Of a DNA stretch of 64,000 bases, positions 37,718 through 51,037 are shown piece after piece. Under the pieces are notes generated by a model that searched no databases, was not told the DNA's origin, and saw nothing but the letters and a program-made list of their open reading frames with translations. Each line of letters begins with the position of its first letter. Position 1 is the first letter of the stretch. The translations under genes and the position numbers were made by a program. Source of the stretch: Pristiophorus japonicus (Eukaryota); contig NC_091984.1 in the NCBI RefSeq assembly GCF_044704955.1, positions 123,318,001 to 123,382,000 on the forward strand. The letters run 5' to 3'.

Positions 37718-38419
37718 ACCTTGTACTGCTTTTGTTTTGTAAATAGAAAGTGCAGTGTTGGAGCTGGCTGCTTCCCAGTGAGGGGTGGGATATAAACCAA
37801 GGCTGAATCAAACTCAACACCCGTTGTATACACCTTCCAGCGACTGGTTGCAATTGGCAGAGGTGCTTGCTTTTGTGCAAGTGGCATGGTGGATCCAAAT
37901 TTTAAGTATTGTGGAGAGCAATATCACATGTTTCATGAATGGAACGGGAGCCCAGATAAAAGTTGCTTGATTACATTGATCTGAATTGAACATGATTTTT
38001 GTGCAAACACAAGTATCTATCCCTTGTTAAACTATAAATTAATCCATCAGGCAGGAGACACTTTCCTGCAAATGTGATAATTGTGGCCTGTGTATAATGA
38101 GCATAATTAGCTTGGGGAGGGGAAGTGGGGAGAGGATCTGTATATAAACACCAGAACAAACAAAATAAACCCATTATATACGGTTTACAATTACAGTTTG
38201 AAGTGCGAGACTTAATATTGGCTCATTAAATTGCTGGCAAGATTACTTTTTTTTTAGGTTTTGCAGAATTTTAAAATCGTGCATGAATGCAAGAAGTTGA
38301 ATTGAATGCTAATCATAGAATCATACTGCACAGAACGAGGCCATTCAGCCCAATCATCCCCATGTCTGGTCTTTGAGAGCAATGCAATTAGTAGTCTTTC
38401 CCCAGAGCCCTGCAATACC

Positions 38420-39420
38420 CGAGCAGGTGATTGTTATGATTCAGATTAGCTGTGAGTTGCTCGGAGTATTTGCCAATAATTCAGAGAAAAGGGAGGTTGA
38501 AGTTGGCCCAGTAGTTAAGGACGGAGTGGACAAGGTGAGGTTTTTTTAGGGGGTGATAACAGCAGGGAGGGGGAAATCACATCTTTAGGAGAGAACACCA
38601 TTTACGAGCTAGCATGAGAGCCAAGAAGGGAGGTGGAGTGGTCAGCAGTTTAGTGGGAATAGGGTCAAGAGAGGAGGAGGTAGGTCTCATGGGCAAAGTG
38701 AGCTAGACAGAGAGCGAGCGCGCGCGAGCACCAGAGAGAGAGAGCGCCAGAGCAAGAGAGCCAGAGAGAGAGAGAGAGCGCGAGAGCAAGAGAGCCACAG
38801 AGAGAATCATGGCAAAGGCTAGACAGTTAAGAGTTTGAAAATGCCCTTCTAAGTGACTTGTGGGAGTTTTATTTTTTTCCCCTGGGGTGGATGCAGAAAG
38901 GAGTGAGGTTGAAAGGAGATGAGAGTAATGAGGGTTTCAAGGAAGTGATCAGAGATGGCCTTGGCTGTGATTGAGATGAGATTGGGAGTAGAGGCGCCAT
39001 ATAAAAATGGCAAGGTCAAAGGGGTGGTCTTGAAAATGGGCAGCAGGGTTTATATATAGAGAGAGAGAGAGAGAGACAGGTTAAAAGAGGGAAGTGATCT
39101 CAAAAGGACAGAGGGACAAGTGGAGTGGAGATGGAGGTTGAAATCACAGAGGATGGGGAGTCGCTCAGTGCCGAAGTTGCTAGTCAGTTTGAAAGTGCCA
39201 TTATAAAATGACAGGAGGCACAGAGAGAACTTTTGGACTTATACAAGAGGGAGTCAAGCCTTGGAAAGCAAGAGAGAGTCAGATGGTAAAGGAATAGTGA
39301 AGGGTTTGAATAGGGATTTGGAAGGTCAAATAACCTTGTTGGGGAGAAGAGAAAGGAGGCATGACTGGGTAACAGGAAAAAAAGACAGACAGAGACGAGA
39401 ATGGCCCCAAGAGGGTTAGA
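38420..39420 (-). mobile_element. old L2/CR1-group LINE remnant with GA/GAGC microsatellites
   Basis: purine-rich + strand, gtgggaatagggtcaagagaggaggaggtaggtctcatgg resembles reversed L2 ORF2; no intact ORF. Confidence 0.45.
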
Positions 39421-41923
39421 GGAGGGAAAGAAAGAAAAGGAAGAAAAAAAAAAGAAAGAGAAAGGAAAAAAAAAAAAAAAAAGAAAGAGAAAAAGATAAA
39501 AAGAAAGAAAGAAATAGGAGTAATAGGCTCCGGTCTGGAGCGGAGGCCAAAAGATGCACGCAAATGGACACCAAGGAAATTCAGGTTACTGAACCACAAC
39601 TTAGTTAAGCTCAAACTACTTTACAATGTTGAGTTGGGAAGAAAGGTTTTTCTCTCCCAGTAGTAGGTTCGAGGTTGGATTTAAAGCAGTATCACAGGAG
39701 CCTCAACTCTGCATGTGACCCTGCTTGAAATAATCTAGCAATACTTGACCACGACACCAAGTGCCTGTAGTTGAATCAGGCTCCGTTTTACAGCAAGACA
39801 TCCTCCTTCACCTTAAATAGACATTATAAAGTCATCCAAAAGCTACTGAAATCATTCTAACCTTCAAGAGTCTTTAATGACCCAATATAACTCAATAAAA
39901 AAAAAAGACAAGACCAAACAACTTTTACTGAAAATCAAACACTGAAAATGCAAGACTCCACTATAAATGTTGATCAATACACATGGAAATGCAATTAGAT
40001 CAACATGGCATCTATTTTTAAATGCAGCCTAGCTGTCATTACTCTAGGCAGTAGCTCGAACCTGAGCTCTTGCCAAGTCTAACCCTAATCCGTTCATCAA
40101 ATCAGCAAACACAGGTTGCAAGGTCTCATTTCTTTCTGCAGCCATTGCTTCAGGACAAAGATAGGAGGAGGACTAAATCAACAAATAAACCAACCAGTCA
40201 GACAGATTAGTTCACCAGACTTGCTACTGGCATTGATTCAATGAACCAGTACAATCAATTTGTTTCAACATTTAGAATTCAGGAGAGTCTAACTTAATAT
40301 GTTCTTCATTTTGCACTTACTTCTGTCCGACCTCATTCACCTTTGTACAATTTAACAGATCTTTGGACAATAATTGAAGGACAGCATGACACATCAAAAC
40401 AAGAAGATTTTAGCAAAGTTATGAAAGCTACAGGTGGTATAGTCAGATATCATTTTATAGGAACCTCCCAGATCAACGGAAGACGAAGCCCTTAATTGTT
40501 TCAGCATCTGTTAACACAAGTTGATACTTGCTCCTTTTTTCTATATGCACACATCCTCCTTTAACACGCAAATGTCCTTTCCAGACATTCACTTTGCTTA
40601 TGCAATGTTTCACTAGGTTAGTTGTGTGGGCCACATTTTGATTTTACGCACTTCAGGCACAATGGGCTGAATGGCCTTCTATGCTGCAAGATTCTAAGAT
40701 TAGAGACCAGCTTTCGGCAGGTCACCTTGCATTGGTTTGAGCTCACACCAAGTGTAGTACAAATACTGTTGCTTCAAAGCAAAGCTATCTTTGTCCTGCA
40801 TTAATGTGCCTCAGCCTCCATCTCAACAATGACATTTTTCTATTTTCATCAGGGATTATCTTGTGGACTCTCAAGTGAGATAATCAAATCAGTACAAATT
40901 CAACAGGAGCTATTTGGAAACAATTATACTCTATATAGAGCAGTCGCACTAATCTGAAGATCGGCAGCCAAGTGGTTGCTGGATAGGTTAGAGTTTAAAG
41001 CTTGATCTTTAGGCCAAACAAAAAAAACCCTGTACTTTTAATATATTAACTCATTCTTTAAAGGTTTGATCATGTCTGTATTAGAGTTGAATCTTTTCTA
41101 CTGAAACCACTTCTACCAACAGGCTGCTGTGAACACAACAAAATTGACATTAATATACTGCTACTGACATAAAACAGTCTTCAAAGTTTGAGCACCTTCC
41201 AGTTTATATCCTCTCAGCTACTCCTTGCCCATCAAGTCAAATCTCCCTCCGGCCCCAGTCCTACTGCTCAACCCAGTTTGTTTACTTTTTCTCCCATCTC
41301 CCCCCATACCCGCCCCTCTCCAGGTTTATCCAAATAGCCCCCATTTGAAATGAGATTGAGAAAATGATTGAAGGCCCTTTCTTGGTCCATGGCTGGCACT
41401 GCATTACTTTGTGTAGCAGAGCAAACTTGGCAAAAAAAAACATCACAATCCATGTGTTAAATACAAAACACCATCATGCCGTTAACTAAATTATCAAAAA
41501 GCTGGACTGTTGCAGTGATAAGACAAAAACATATGATACAAAATAAATATATCACCGCTAGAGAGAGATGCTTCAAATTTACTGGTGAACAATTTGATTT
41601 TGAACTGCATGGCAATTTTACTGAAGGATCAGACTTTAGTTATGTGCGCGTATAGAATCTTGTGGAAAGCAGTCACGGATCATCAGGTCCGCACAGCAGC
41701 CAAGGACGCGATCCTTCCATGCAGTTCTTGTGGATGAGATAAGCACTGCGGCAGCATTAATCTGAAACTATGGCGAAGAAACTCAGCTAACGGATTATAG
41801 AAGTGACGCAAAAGTTGCACATTGAAACCTTTTTCAGTCACACTCCTGTGGTCTTTTATTTCTAGATAGGTTAACTAGAGTTTGAAATAGATCAAGACTG
41901 ACTCGTTTATCACATGGATAATT

Positions 41924-42003
41924 TTTTTTTTTGTTCATTGTCAGATCAACTCCAGCGCCAAAGATCACTTTGCGCTATTACACTTGATCTTAGCCAAAAG
42001 GCC
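41924..42003 (-). pseudogene. retroposed U2 snRNA 5' fragment fused to a non-U2 hairpin, with poly(A) and TSD
   Basis: minus strand GGCCTTTTGGCTAAGATCAAGTGTA (42003-41979) equals U2 nt 11-35; then 46 nt non-U2; A-tail; TSD catggataatt at 41913-41923 and 42003-42013. Confidence 0.85.
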
Positions 42004-42429
42004 ATGGATAATTACTGAAGGTGTAGAGCTGGCTAACGAAGGGACTGTTACCCAATTGCATTTGGTTTCGACTTCTGTGCTGAACTCACCCCTTCAGAGC
42101 TAGAATGGCTCTCGAAGAGCGAAAGACAATGCTGTGACCTACTGATGTCTCAAAAACAAAATTCCCCACTGTCTGTGTTGTTCTTGGCACAGCTTCACAG
42201 TCTGGTCTGTATTGTAGGGAATGAAAATAATAGAGCTGACTGCTGCAACATTCTAACTAGTGCGGTTTCGGAAAGAAAAATGGTTATCAAAATACACCCG
42301 GGAGGACTGGGAGGTGCAGAGACCGGTCAAGTGTTACAGCGATGTTTAAATCAAAATAAGACAGATTAACTGCAGTTTTAAAAAATCCTTTTTGATGTAG
42401 TTTTTGCTGTCCTGTTGACTTAGAAAAAG

Positions 42430-42800
42430 ACAGATTTAGACTTATGTAGCGCCTTTCACGACCTTGGGTCGTCCCAAAGCACTGTTGCAATGTAGGAAAT
42501 GTGGCAGCATGCAGCAGTGTGGTAATGGGCAGATAAAGCAGTGTTTATTATTTTTATAAAGTGATGCTGGTCGAGAGATATATATTGGCTAAGTTTCCCC
42601 TGCTAGACTTCAAAGCAATGCCATGGGATCTTTTACGTCACCCAAGAGGGCAGATGGGGCCTTGGTTTAACATCTCATCTGAAAGACGGCAAGCTCTAAC
42701 AGTGCAGCATTCCCTTAGTATTGCACTGGAGTGTCAGCCTAGATTTTGTGCTCAAGTCTCTGCAGTGGGACTTCAATCTACCACCTACTGACTCAGTGGT
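42430..42800 (-). mobile_element. Deu-domain SINE, near complete
   Basis: reverse complement of the 137-365 + 2477-2672 element (tagcgcctttcacgacc..gtcccaaagc..ccatgggatcttttacgtc..gtttaacatctcatctgaaagacggca..gcactggagtgtcagcctaga). Confidence 0.75.
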
Positions 42801-43249
42801 GAGAGAGCGACCGAGAGAGAAAGAGTGAGAGGAGAGAGATAACCACTGAATCAGGGCACAGAGTAAACTGCATAAACGAAGGAGCCTTCAGCTTTCTTCC
42901 GAGTTAGCCGATAGCAGCAATTAGTCGGTAGTCGCAACACCCTTGGGTTAGGAGAGGAGGAGATAGAAAGAAAAATAGTCCAGGGTCCCGGCTGCTGTTG
43001 TGGAAAGGCAGGGGGGAGAAACAACTCAGGGGCTGTGTCACTGATTTATAGATAACCCTGACTGGAAGGACACACGTGTGGAAATTGGGTTAGGTCAGGA
43101 TAGGCTCAGCCATGATATTTGCCATAATTGGAGAACTTGCCAACACTCATCAAGAATGGCTACTGGGCGGAGCTACTAGAGGGCAACTATGTCCGTGGAA
43201 CCTTAGCCAGTGAAGGAGCCAACACTTTTCGGAAGACCACTTTATAATC

Positions 43250-43441
43250 CAAGTTGTGCCTCCCTTATCTGGCACCCTTGTGACCTGGCCTGTGCCAAAT
43301 AAGGGATTTTTCCAGGGGAGGAGGTCGGCAGTGTGTCGGCGCGGCCCCAAAGTTGGGGTGGAGGTCAACCATGTTCTGTGCATGCACCCCCCGGCATCAT
43401 GCCAGATAAGGGGTGGTGCTGGATAAGGGCGGGCCAACCTG
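43250..43441. mobile_element. pogo/Tigger-like MITE
   Basis: TIRs caagttgtgcctcccttatctggcacc / ggtgctggataagggcgggccaacctg followed by TA; tips resemble the 23878-24403 element. Confidence 0.6.
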
Positions 43442-44235
43442 TATTACCTTCAAAATATATTTTATGAAGCAGCAAAAAAATATTTTCACTTTTAGGCTAC
43501 ACTGTACTCCGCTTAACAGCAGCGATCATGCATCAGCTTAAACATCTGTTCAACATCTACTCAAAAAATGAACACCAGTGACTGAAGTTTATAATTCACT
43601 GACATGCATAAGAAATAAGATACCAGTCCAGCCTAAAATCTATTCTGAAAGTTCAGATGTAAATGGAGAACTTCATTACAAGATTACAGATAAGTGATTT
43701 CCAACAGGCATGTTATTCTAACTTAATATTTCACTTTAGAAGCTTGTAATCTAGTGCTAAGGTATCACAGGCTAATTTTGGAAACACCTATTCAAGTTTT
43801 GCCCCACTCATTCACATCAGCCCACTGATGGCTCAGAAACTGCACCCATCACGACATCAAAATCCACCCATCCATCTTCTGTTCCCCACCAGCCCACTGT
43901 TACTTTCAAACCTATCCCAGTTGTGAAAAAATAAAATTGGTTTAGGCTTTAAATGTAGTAGACCCTGCTGCCTGCTCAGTTGGACCTTGGACTCTGTAGC
44001 ACTGTTCAAAGAAAATGAAGGGGCTCTTCCACCATCCTGGCCAACATTCATCCTCAACCAAAAACAACAAAAAATTTTTAAAAAAGACAGGTTAAATGGT
44101 GATTCATCCCATTTGCAACTTGCAAATTGGCTGTCAGATTGTCAACACAGCAACAGTGACTACACTTCAATAAAAGTTATTTGCTGCAAAGCATTTTCAG
44201 CTGTCCCAAGGACATGAGACATTACATAAATGCGA

Positions 44236-44625
44236 GGGTGTGGTAGTGTAATGGTTATGTAACGGGACTCATAATCCAGAGGCCTAGACTAATAACCCAT
44301 GAGAACAGGAATTCAAATCTCACCATGGCAGTATAAGAACTTGAATTCACTTAAAAAAAAAAATCTGGAAATAAAAAGCTGGCATCAGTAAAAAAGAAAA
44401 AAAAGTGACTATGAAGTCGTCGGATGGTTTTGAAAACCCAACTGAATGACAGATGTCCTTCAGGGCAGGAAATCTGCCGTACTTTCTCGGTCTCTCCTAT
44501 ATGTGACACCAATATGGTTGACTCTTAACAGCCCTCTGAAGTGGCCTGGCAAGCTGCTCAGTTGCAGCACCACCTTCTCAAGGGCAATTAGGGATGGGCA
44601 AATAAATACCAGTGACACCCAGATA
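44236..44625 (+). mobile_element. tRNA-derived SINE, probably Meta-domain (MER131-like)
   Basis: tRNA-like head ggtagtgtaatggtt..ttcaaatc, core atgtccttcagggcaggaaatctgccgt..tggttgactcttaac..ccctctgaa, LINE-shared tail caccaccttctcaagggcaattagggatgggcaa. Confidence 0.55.
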
Positions 44626-45429
44626 AAAAACATCCAAGTACTTTTTCCTGTTCAAATTTCACCTTGAAGCATAAACAAAAGCCACAATGTGACTGCACTC
44701 AATGAAAGTGCAGCCAAGATGTAACTTGAGATTATGGTAACTGGCTGTTGGTTATGCAAATAAAAAAAGTTGCATCTTCAGTCTTTCATAAATCAGAACT
44801 AAAAAAGCTTCCCATTGTTTTACAATGGGTGGATCAAAAAGGTCTGTTTTCCTTTCCTTAATTAAAAATATGGGTATTCAAGAGGTTTTTCCCTTTTAAT
44901 TTCAAAAGGCACACTGTGTTCTTCAAATAGATTGTTCCAATTTACATTGTTAATTTACTTGTCCCTTCCCATCATCTCAACCACCATCCCCCAATTCAGA
45001 TTGCCCTCAACCACCATCCCCCAATTCAGATTTCCAATTTTGCATCCGGGGTGGGGGTTTAAAACGTACGAGAATGGGAGCGAGTGGAAAGCATTTAAAA
45101 ATGAACAATGGGAAGAAAACAAATTTAGACGGTCCTGGATAAATTTAGTTTCACACAGTGCTGCTCATGCTTTTCAGCTGCACCTCCTGTTTATGACAAT
45201 AACTTATTTATCCAACACTCCCTGGTGTCAAAGGAAATCCTGAAATAAATGTTTGCAATTGTAGGACTGAACATACTTTTGATGGTTCATGAACAGTTCT
45301 CAGCTGGTGTGAACACTATTTTATTTGGAAGTATAAGCTGCCAACATTTCAAGGTTTCTTCTACAAAGAAAATGTTCAAAATTTCCATGACCATTTTTCT
45401 CGCAACACTCTGAAGCTCTGCAATCAAGT

Positions 45430-46515
45430 TTCCAGTCCCTACACGACGCTGAAACAGCCCTAATCACAAATCACACCCTCTGACTGTCAACGTGGTGCAT
45501 TATATCCCTCCTCAATCGCTCTGCAGCCTTTTAACTCAAATCAAGCACAGAGTCCTCCTCCAACATCTTGTCGAGCTTGGTGGGACAGTCATCACTTGGC
45601 TACACTCTTGCCTATCGAAATGCACCTCCACCAATGGCTCCTCTTTTCACCCACCCACTCACTATGAACTCTGAAGTTCCAAGGTTCAATCCTTACCCAC
45701 TTACTCATCAACAGGTTGGCCCTTGGTGCCATCATCTGCAGACATGGGGTCAGCTCCACATTTACAATGATTTTTGGCCCCCCCCCCGCCCACTACAAAC
45801 TTCATACCCTTGTCAATGGCTACATTTCCCTACCCGTCCACTCTCCGGCTTAACCAGACTGCTCCCAACCTCGGCATCCTAGTTGACCCCATATCCTCTC
45901 CATCAAATACTTCTTGCTTCCAACTTTGTAACATTGCCAGTCATTGCCCTCTCAGACCATCTGCTGCTGAAAGGTTCATCCAGGCCTTTGTCACCCCCAA
46001 ACTCAACTACTGCAATGCACTCCTAATCAGCTCCTCATTGTTCAGAAGCTTATCTCAAATCAATACTTTGTTACCAAATTTCTTAAACCTGCACCAAGTG
46101 CTGCTCGCCCATCATCCCTGTCCTTGCTGAACTACATTAGCTCATTGGCTTCCTACAACACTGCCATAGATTTAAATTCTCATCCTTAGGTTTAACTCTT
46201 TGCATGGCATCACCCCACTCTATTTCTGTAACCTCCTCTAGCTGTACAAACCACCCCAAAGTCTCCATTCCTCCAACTCTGGCCTCTTGTGCAACCTCTT
46301 CCCTTCAGCTGGCCAGGTCCCATGCTCTGGAATTTTTTTTCTTAAACCCCTCGACCTCTCCACATCCCTGTCTGCCTTCAAGACCTTCCTTAAAACCAAG
46401 CTTTTGCTCAATCCTCCAATACCAAGGACTTTGAAGTATAATCCAAAACATTGCAACAATGAAGTAACTTGGGACATTTTTCTACATTCGAGTTGTTTTA
46501 TAAATGCAAGTTGTT
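45430..46515 (+). mobile_element. L2 LINE 3' remnant
   Basis: IQAFVTPKLNYCNALL, catcatccctgtccttgctgaactacatt, tttaaattctcatcc; L2-type tail. Confidence 0.7.
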
Positions 46516-47041
46516 CTCATTGAATTTCATAAAATTCTACTAAACTGAAATTTCCAAATCCATTTTAGTGCATTAGACATATTTACTGAGGGCTATCTTC
46601 TTCGTAACTCTACTTATAAGCCAGAAATTCTCATCAATAATTTGCCTTCAAGTCAAGAAACTGTCACAACATTCACTACAGCAATGATTCTGAAGACATT
46701 TACAAGAGCATCAACTTCATAGTAGAAATTAAACTAATATTGGATTTTAGAAATTTTAAACTTGAAGATCAGTAACTATCCTCATTTCTTCCACTATCTT
46801 CAATGTTATCACTATAGTAATGGCTTAGCTCACTTCTTTTACAACCAAAGAAGACGACTACAGCTCCAGAAAATGTTAATAGCCAAGTGGCCAGATGTCT
46901 ACTGTGAGCATCGAATTCAGAGACCTTGGTGAGAATTAGAACCTTGACAAACACAAATCCAAGTTCCCTTGGTATTTTATGTGACCAGCCTGGGCAGGAT
47001 GAGAGGATGAATGGCAAGAAAAAAGAACCAAAGATGCTAAT

Positions 47042-47115
47042 TCAGCTGTGTTGTGTAGTATAGCGTGTGGGAGGTGGGTCTGCTTCAGCTGCATACGAGT
47101 ACATCAACCAAAGAC
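47042..47115 (-). CDS. unnamed membrane-protein gene, terminal coding exon ((G)LWLMYSYAAEADPPPTRYTTQHS*)
   Basis: acceptor ctaat..aatgcag|GT, phase 1 matches the 25-nt exon, TGA at 47044-47042, unique sequence. Confidence 0.65.
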
Positions 47116-48469
47116 CTGCATTGGCAGTACTTGGCACATTAGATATACATAAACCAAAGGAAGGAGTTGTGTGAATTTTGGAGAGCGAGGAAAAACAAGG
47201 AGAAAGTATTTAATATGTGCAACTATTTAAAGCATAAAGCCAGGTTTACAATCTGCCAATCAAGGGTTCCATTCAACCCAAGTATTTCAAATGAAGTTGA
47301 AAGGTCAGAATCAAATAGTTAACTGAAGGGACCACATCACCTTTCTCTAAATACAAAATGACTGTGTATTTTTACTGATCCATGAACTGAGTCACGTCAT
47401 TGGATAAAACGCAGCCCTGAAGTGACCCATCATTTTTTTTTTGATTTGATTCCAATCAATATGACTTAAATCTTTCCATAAATACTGAATACAATTTGAC
47501 ATTTGATGGGCAAATAATTTTATAGATTTCAATCAATACTTCAGAGTTAAATGTCTTTTTTTTTTAAAATAAAACATTCTTCTAATTTCTAATTTTTTTT
47601 TTTAAACATACATGTTCTCCACTCTATCAATAAAATCAAGAACCCTTTGAACTGAATGATTTACAGGCGCCAAATACTAGGAGCAAACATAAAGTACAGG
47701 ACAGGACAGAAAGTCCTGTTCATAAATAGTCAGTGCAAGTGAATAGGACAAGAGAAATGGCTTGAACTTATCACTGAAGTCTTCTTCAGACACAAGGAGG
47801 AACCCAATGCAATGATATTCCCATGTGGATCAGCCACACCTCTCTCTCAAAACAGCATAAGCCACTTTAAAAAAAAAAAGGAATCTGGAAAAACTCCTGG
47901 TTCACATTATCAATCAACTGGAAGACTGGCTCTCACATCTGAAGTTCTATTTACAACGCACATCCTTTTTCTGATAATACTAATTTGGCACGATATTTAA
48001 CATTTTCCAGTCTCAGCCTTTTACCCTACAAGGTTTCCTATATTCTTTAAACTTGTGGTATGCACACACAATATCGGTGTCTTAGTATCAGCAATAATGT
48101 CCCCATCCATGCAGGAACTGATGGATCCCTCCCACCACCAGAGAGGATTTTTAAATTTACAATTAGGACAAACACTTGGGTTAACCAAACATTGTCAAAA
48201 AAAAAAATGTCTCAGACAAATTGCTTCCCCTTCCTCAGTTCCTTGGAAAATGAGGGTTTACTTTGCCAGGCATTAACATTACATTTTGAGAGAGTTTATG
48301 GCTGAGAGTTTCTCTCAAGCGGCTTCAAATTACTGATGTTAACATACAAGATTTTACTCGGGTAAGCTCAGAATGAACACTAAATTTCTATACCATGTAA
48401 AATTAGCCCGAATCATTCCTCTACCTACTTAAAAATTCAAGAGTGCGACTCAGTGATTTGCTGGGTAGT

Positions 48470-49050
48470 CTACTTTATGCATGAATTAATAACACAGAAA
48501 ATATCCCAAGGTAATGGTCAGGAATACGGAAAAAATGAATGCTGAGCCAAGGAAGAGGTATTAGGAGGGTCGAGGAAAGGCTTGGCTTTAACGAAGGGTC
48601 TTGTAGGAGGAGTGAGGAATTCGAGAGAGTGGGCTTGGTTGATGAAGGGATGGGGTAAGCCGAAGAGGCTAGAGTCAGAGGAAGAGTTTGGGGCACAGGG
48701 TAGGGCATGTAGGGCTGTAGGAAGTTATGGAGCTCTGAAGGGATGAGGCTATGAAGGGATTTAAACAAGAATTTTGAGTATCGAAGGAGCCAAATGTTGG
48801 TCAGCTAGGACAGGGGCGATAGGCAAATGGGACAGGTTACAGACAGCAGAGTTTGGGGTGAGCTGAAGCTTAGAGAGTGAAAGACAGAAGGCCGACTAGG
48901 AGAGCACTCCAATAGTAGAGTCTGGAGGTGGTGACAAAGGCATGGGTGAGGTCAGCAGCACATGGGCTGAGGCAAGAGCAGAGACAGGCGATGTTAGAGA
49001 TGGAAGTAGACAATATTTGTGATGGAGGGGATTATGGGGTCAGAATCTCA
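48470..49050 (-). mobile_element. L2 LINE 3' remnant
   Basis: reverse FKSLHSLIPS..LQPY and aatagtagagtctggaggtg..acaaaggcatgg (HAFVTSRLYY). Confidence 0.7.
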
Positions 49051-49305
49051 GCCTAATCGCATGCATGCAGATCTTTTCAAAATGTTATCTCCATTCTACA
49101 GGTGAATTTTCAGCCTCGGACAATGGCCTGAAATTATTTATTATTAGATCCAAGCAAGGTCAAGTGACAAAACCAAGCAATATCCCCCAAGTTTAATATT
49201 TTATTTTAAATAAAGGATTCCTATGGAGTTTGACCAGTACTATTTTGATCCAAATGCAGCTCCCACTCAGCATGGAAGTACCACAGTTCGTCTCTCAATA
49301 GATAC

Positions 49306-49509
49306 TGTTATGTATGAAATAAAGGTACAAACTGAGTACTGTTTAAGTGAAGGTACATCCTTGGCCCTGCATTATTATGGTCCAAAGTGCCCGACTCCCA
49401 ATATGGCTGACCTTTTACACTTGAGCAGCACCATGTGCGTGCTGCTCAGTGGCCTCCAACAATGACGCCATCTGGTGGCTACAAACAGAATGTATGTACA
49501 TACATGACA
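49306..49509 (-). mobile_element. Gypsy-type solo LTR
   Basis: tgttatgta...tacatgaca inverted termini, about 204 bp, ends like the other LTRs in the window. Confidence 0.65.
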
Positions 49510-49679
49510 TACCTTCCATGTAGGTTTTTGCCCAGCCCTTTGGATTACCACTTTTGTGTTCATACTCTGTTTGCTACACAAACCCTCACTAGACAGGCAT
49601 TAGCACCCTACGGGAGCTAGTCACAGTTGCTGTAAACATGCTGGCTCAGGACACCATTTTGGGAGTTGCTATAAATGAT

Positions 49680-49913
49680 ACTCATGTATGTAGACCATGT
49701 ATACTAACTGTATAGTCACACCAAGTGTGCCATCAGAGGGCACTGCGGTGAGAGACTTGAAGGCCACCTGCCATAGGTGTGCAGCGCCCAGTATAAAAGG
49801 CTGCCCACCATGCTTGTGCCTCACTCGAGTTAAAATAAATGGGACTAAGGTCACAACAGCTCAAGTACAATACTAGACCTCATGGGGTCATTCATAAGAG
49901 TAAAGACATAACA
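49680..49913 (+). mobile_element. Gypsy solo LTR (same family as 8070-8292)
   Basis: tcatgtat..gtgtgcca..cagtataaaagg..ctcactc..aataaatgggactaaggtca..gacataaca. Confidence 0.75.
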
Positions 49914-49965
49914 GACAGTACTCCTGTTTGTTAGTCTGTTTATTTACATACACAACTTTACAAAC

Positions 49966-49990
49966 CAATTTCCACAACAGCAAAATTCAC
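49966..49990 (-). CDS. unnamed membrane-protein gene, 25-nt micro-exon (VNFAVVEI/G)
   Basis: acceptor tctctgttctgcag, donor G|gtttgt; phases 0 and 1 bridge the 53128 and 47115 exons and complete a hydrophobic helix. Confidence 0.6.
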
Positions 49991-50156
49991 CTGCAGAACA
50001 GAGATAATTTTTATATTTTTTAATATAAAGATCTGCACACAAATAATTAAAGGGAAGTAGTTCACATTGCAAGTATTGTCGACAGGATGCACCGTAGCAA
50101 GTCACAGACTTCTTTGGCAGCACCTCCCAAACCAGTGACAGCACCACCTAGAAGGA

Positions 50157-51037
50157 GCTGCAGAGCGACTTGGATAGGTTAGGTGAGTGGTCAAATGCAT
50201 GGCAGATGAAGTATAATGTGGATAAATGTGAGGTTATCCACTTTGGTGGTAAAAACAGAGAGACAGACTATTATCTGAATGGTGACAGATTAGGAAAAGG
50301 GGAGGTGCAAAGAGACCTGGGTGTCATGGTACATCAGTCATTGAAGGTTGGCATGCAGGTGCAGCAGGCGGTTAAGAAAGCAAATGGCATGTTGGCCTTC
50401 ATAGCAAGGGGATTTGAGTACAGGGGCAGGGAGGTGTTGCTACAGTTGTACAGGGCATTGGTGAGGCCACACCTGGAGTATTGTGTACAGTTTTGGTCTC
50501 CTAACCTGAGGAAGGACATTCTTGCTATTGAGGGAGTGCAGCGAAGGTTCACCAGACTGATTCCCGGGATGGCGGGACTGACCTATCAAGAAAGACTGGA
50601 TCAACTGGGCTTGTATTCACTGGAGTTCAGAAGAATGAGAGGGGACCTCATAGAAACATATAAAATTCTGACGGGGTTAGACAGGTTAGATGCAGGAAGA
50701 ATGTTCCCAATGTTGGGGAAGTCCAGAACCAGGGGTCACCGTCTAAGGATAAGGGGTAAGCCATTTAGGACCGAGATGCGGAGGAACTTCTTCACCCAGA
50801 GAGTGGTGAACCTGTGGAATTCTCTACCACAGAAAGTTGTTGAGGCCAATTCACTAAATATATTCAAAAAGGAGTTAGATGAGGTCCTTACTGCTAGGGG
50901 GATCAAGGGGTATGGCGAGAAAGCAGGAATGGGGTACTGAAGTTGAATGTTCAGCCATGAACTCATTGAATGGCGGTGCAGGCTAGAAGGGCCGAATGGC
51001 CTACTCCTGCACCTATTTTCTATGTTTCTATGTTTCT
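50157..51037 (+). mobile_element. young 5'-truncated CR1 with uninterrupted RT C-terminal ORF
   Basis: ORF 50170-50940 (256 aa) without disruptions; tail ttctatgtttctatgtttct; TSD aagga at 50152-50156 and 51038-51042 inside an older LINE 3' fragment. Confidence 0.95.

Noticed and set aside
41640-41800. CpG-retaining unique stretch with a minus-strand acceptor and a short open frame
   Set aside because: No donor or partner exon and no recognisable peptide; cannot be supported as an exon or enhancer from sequence alone.
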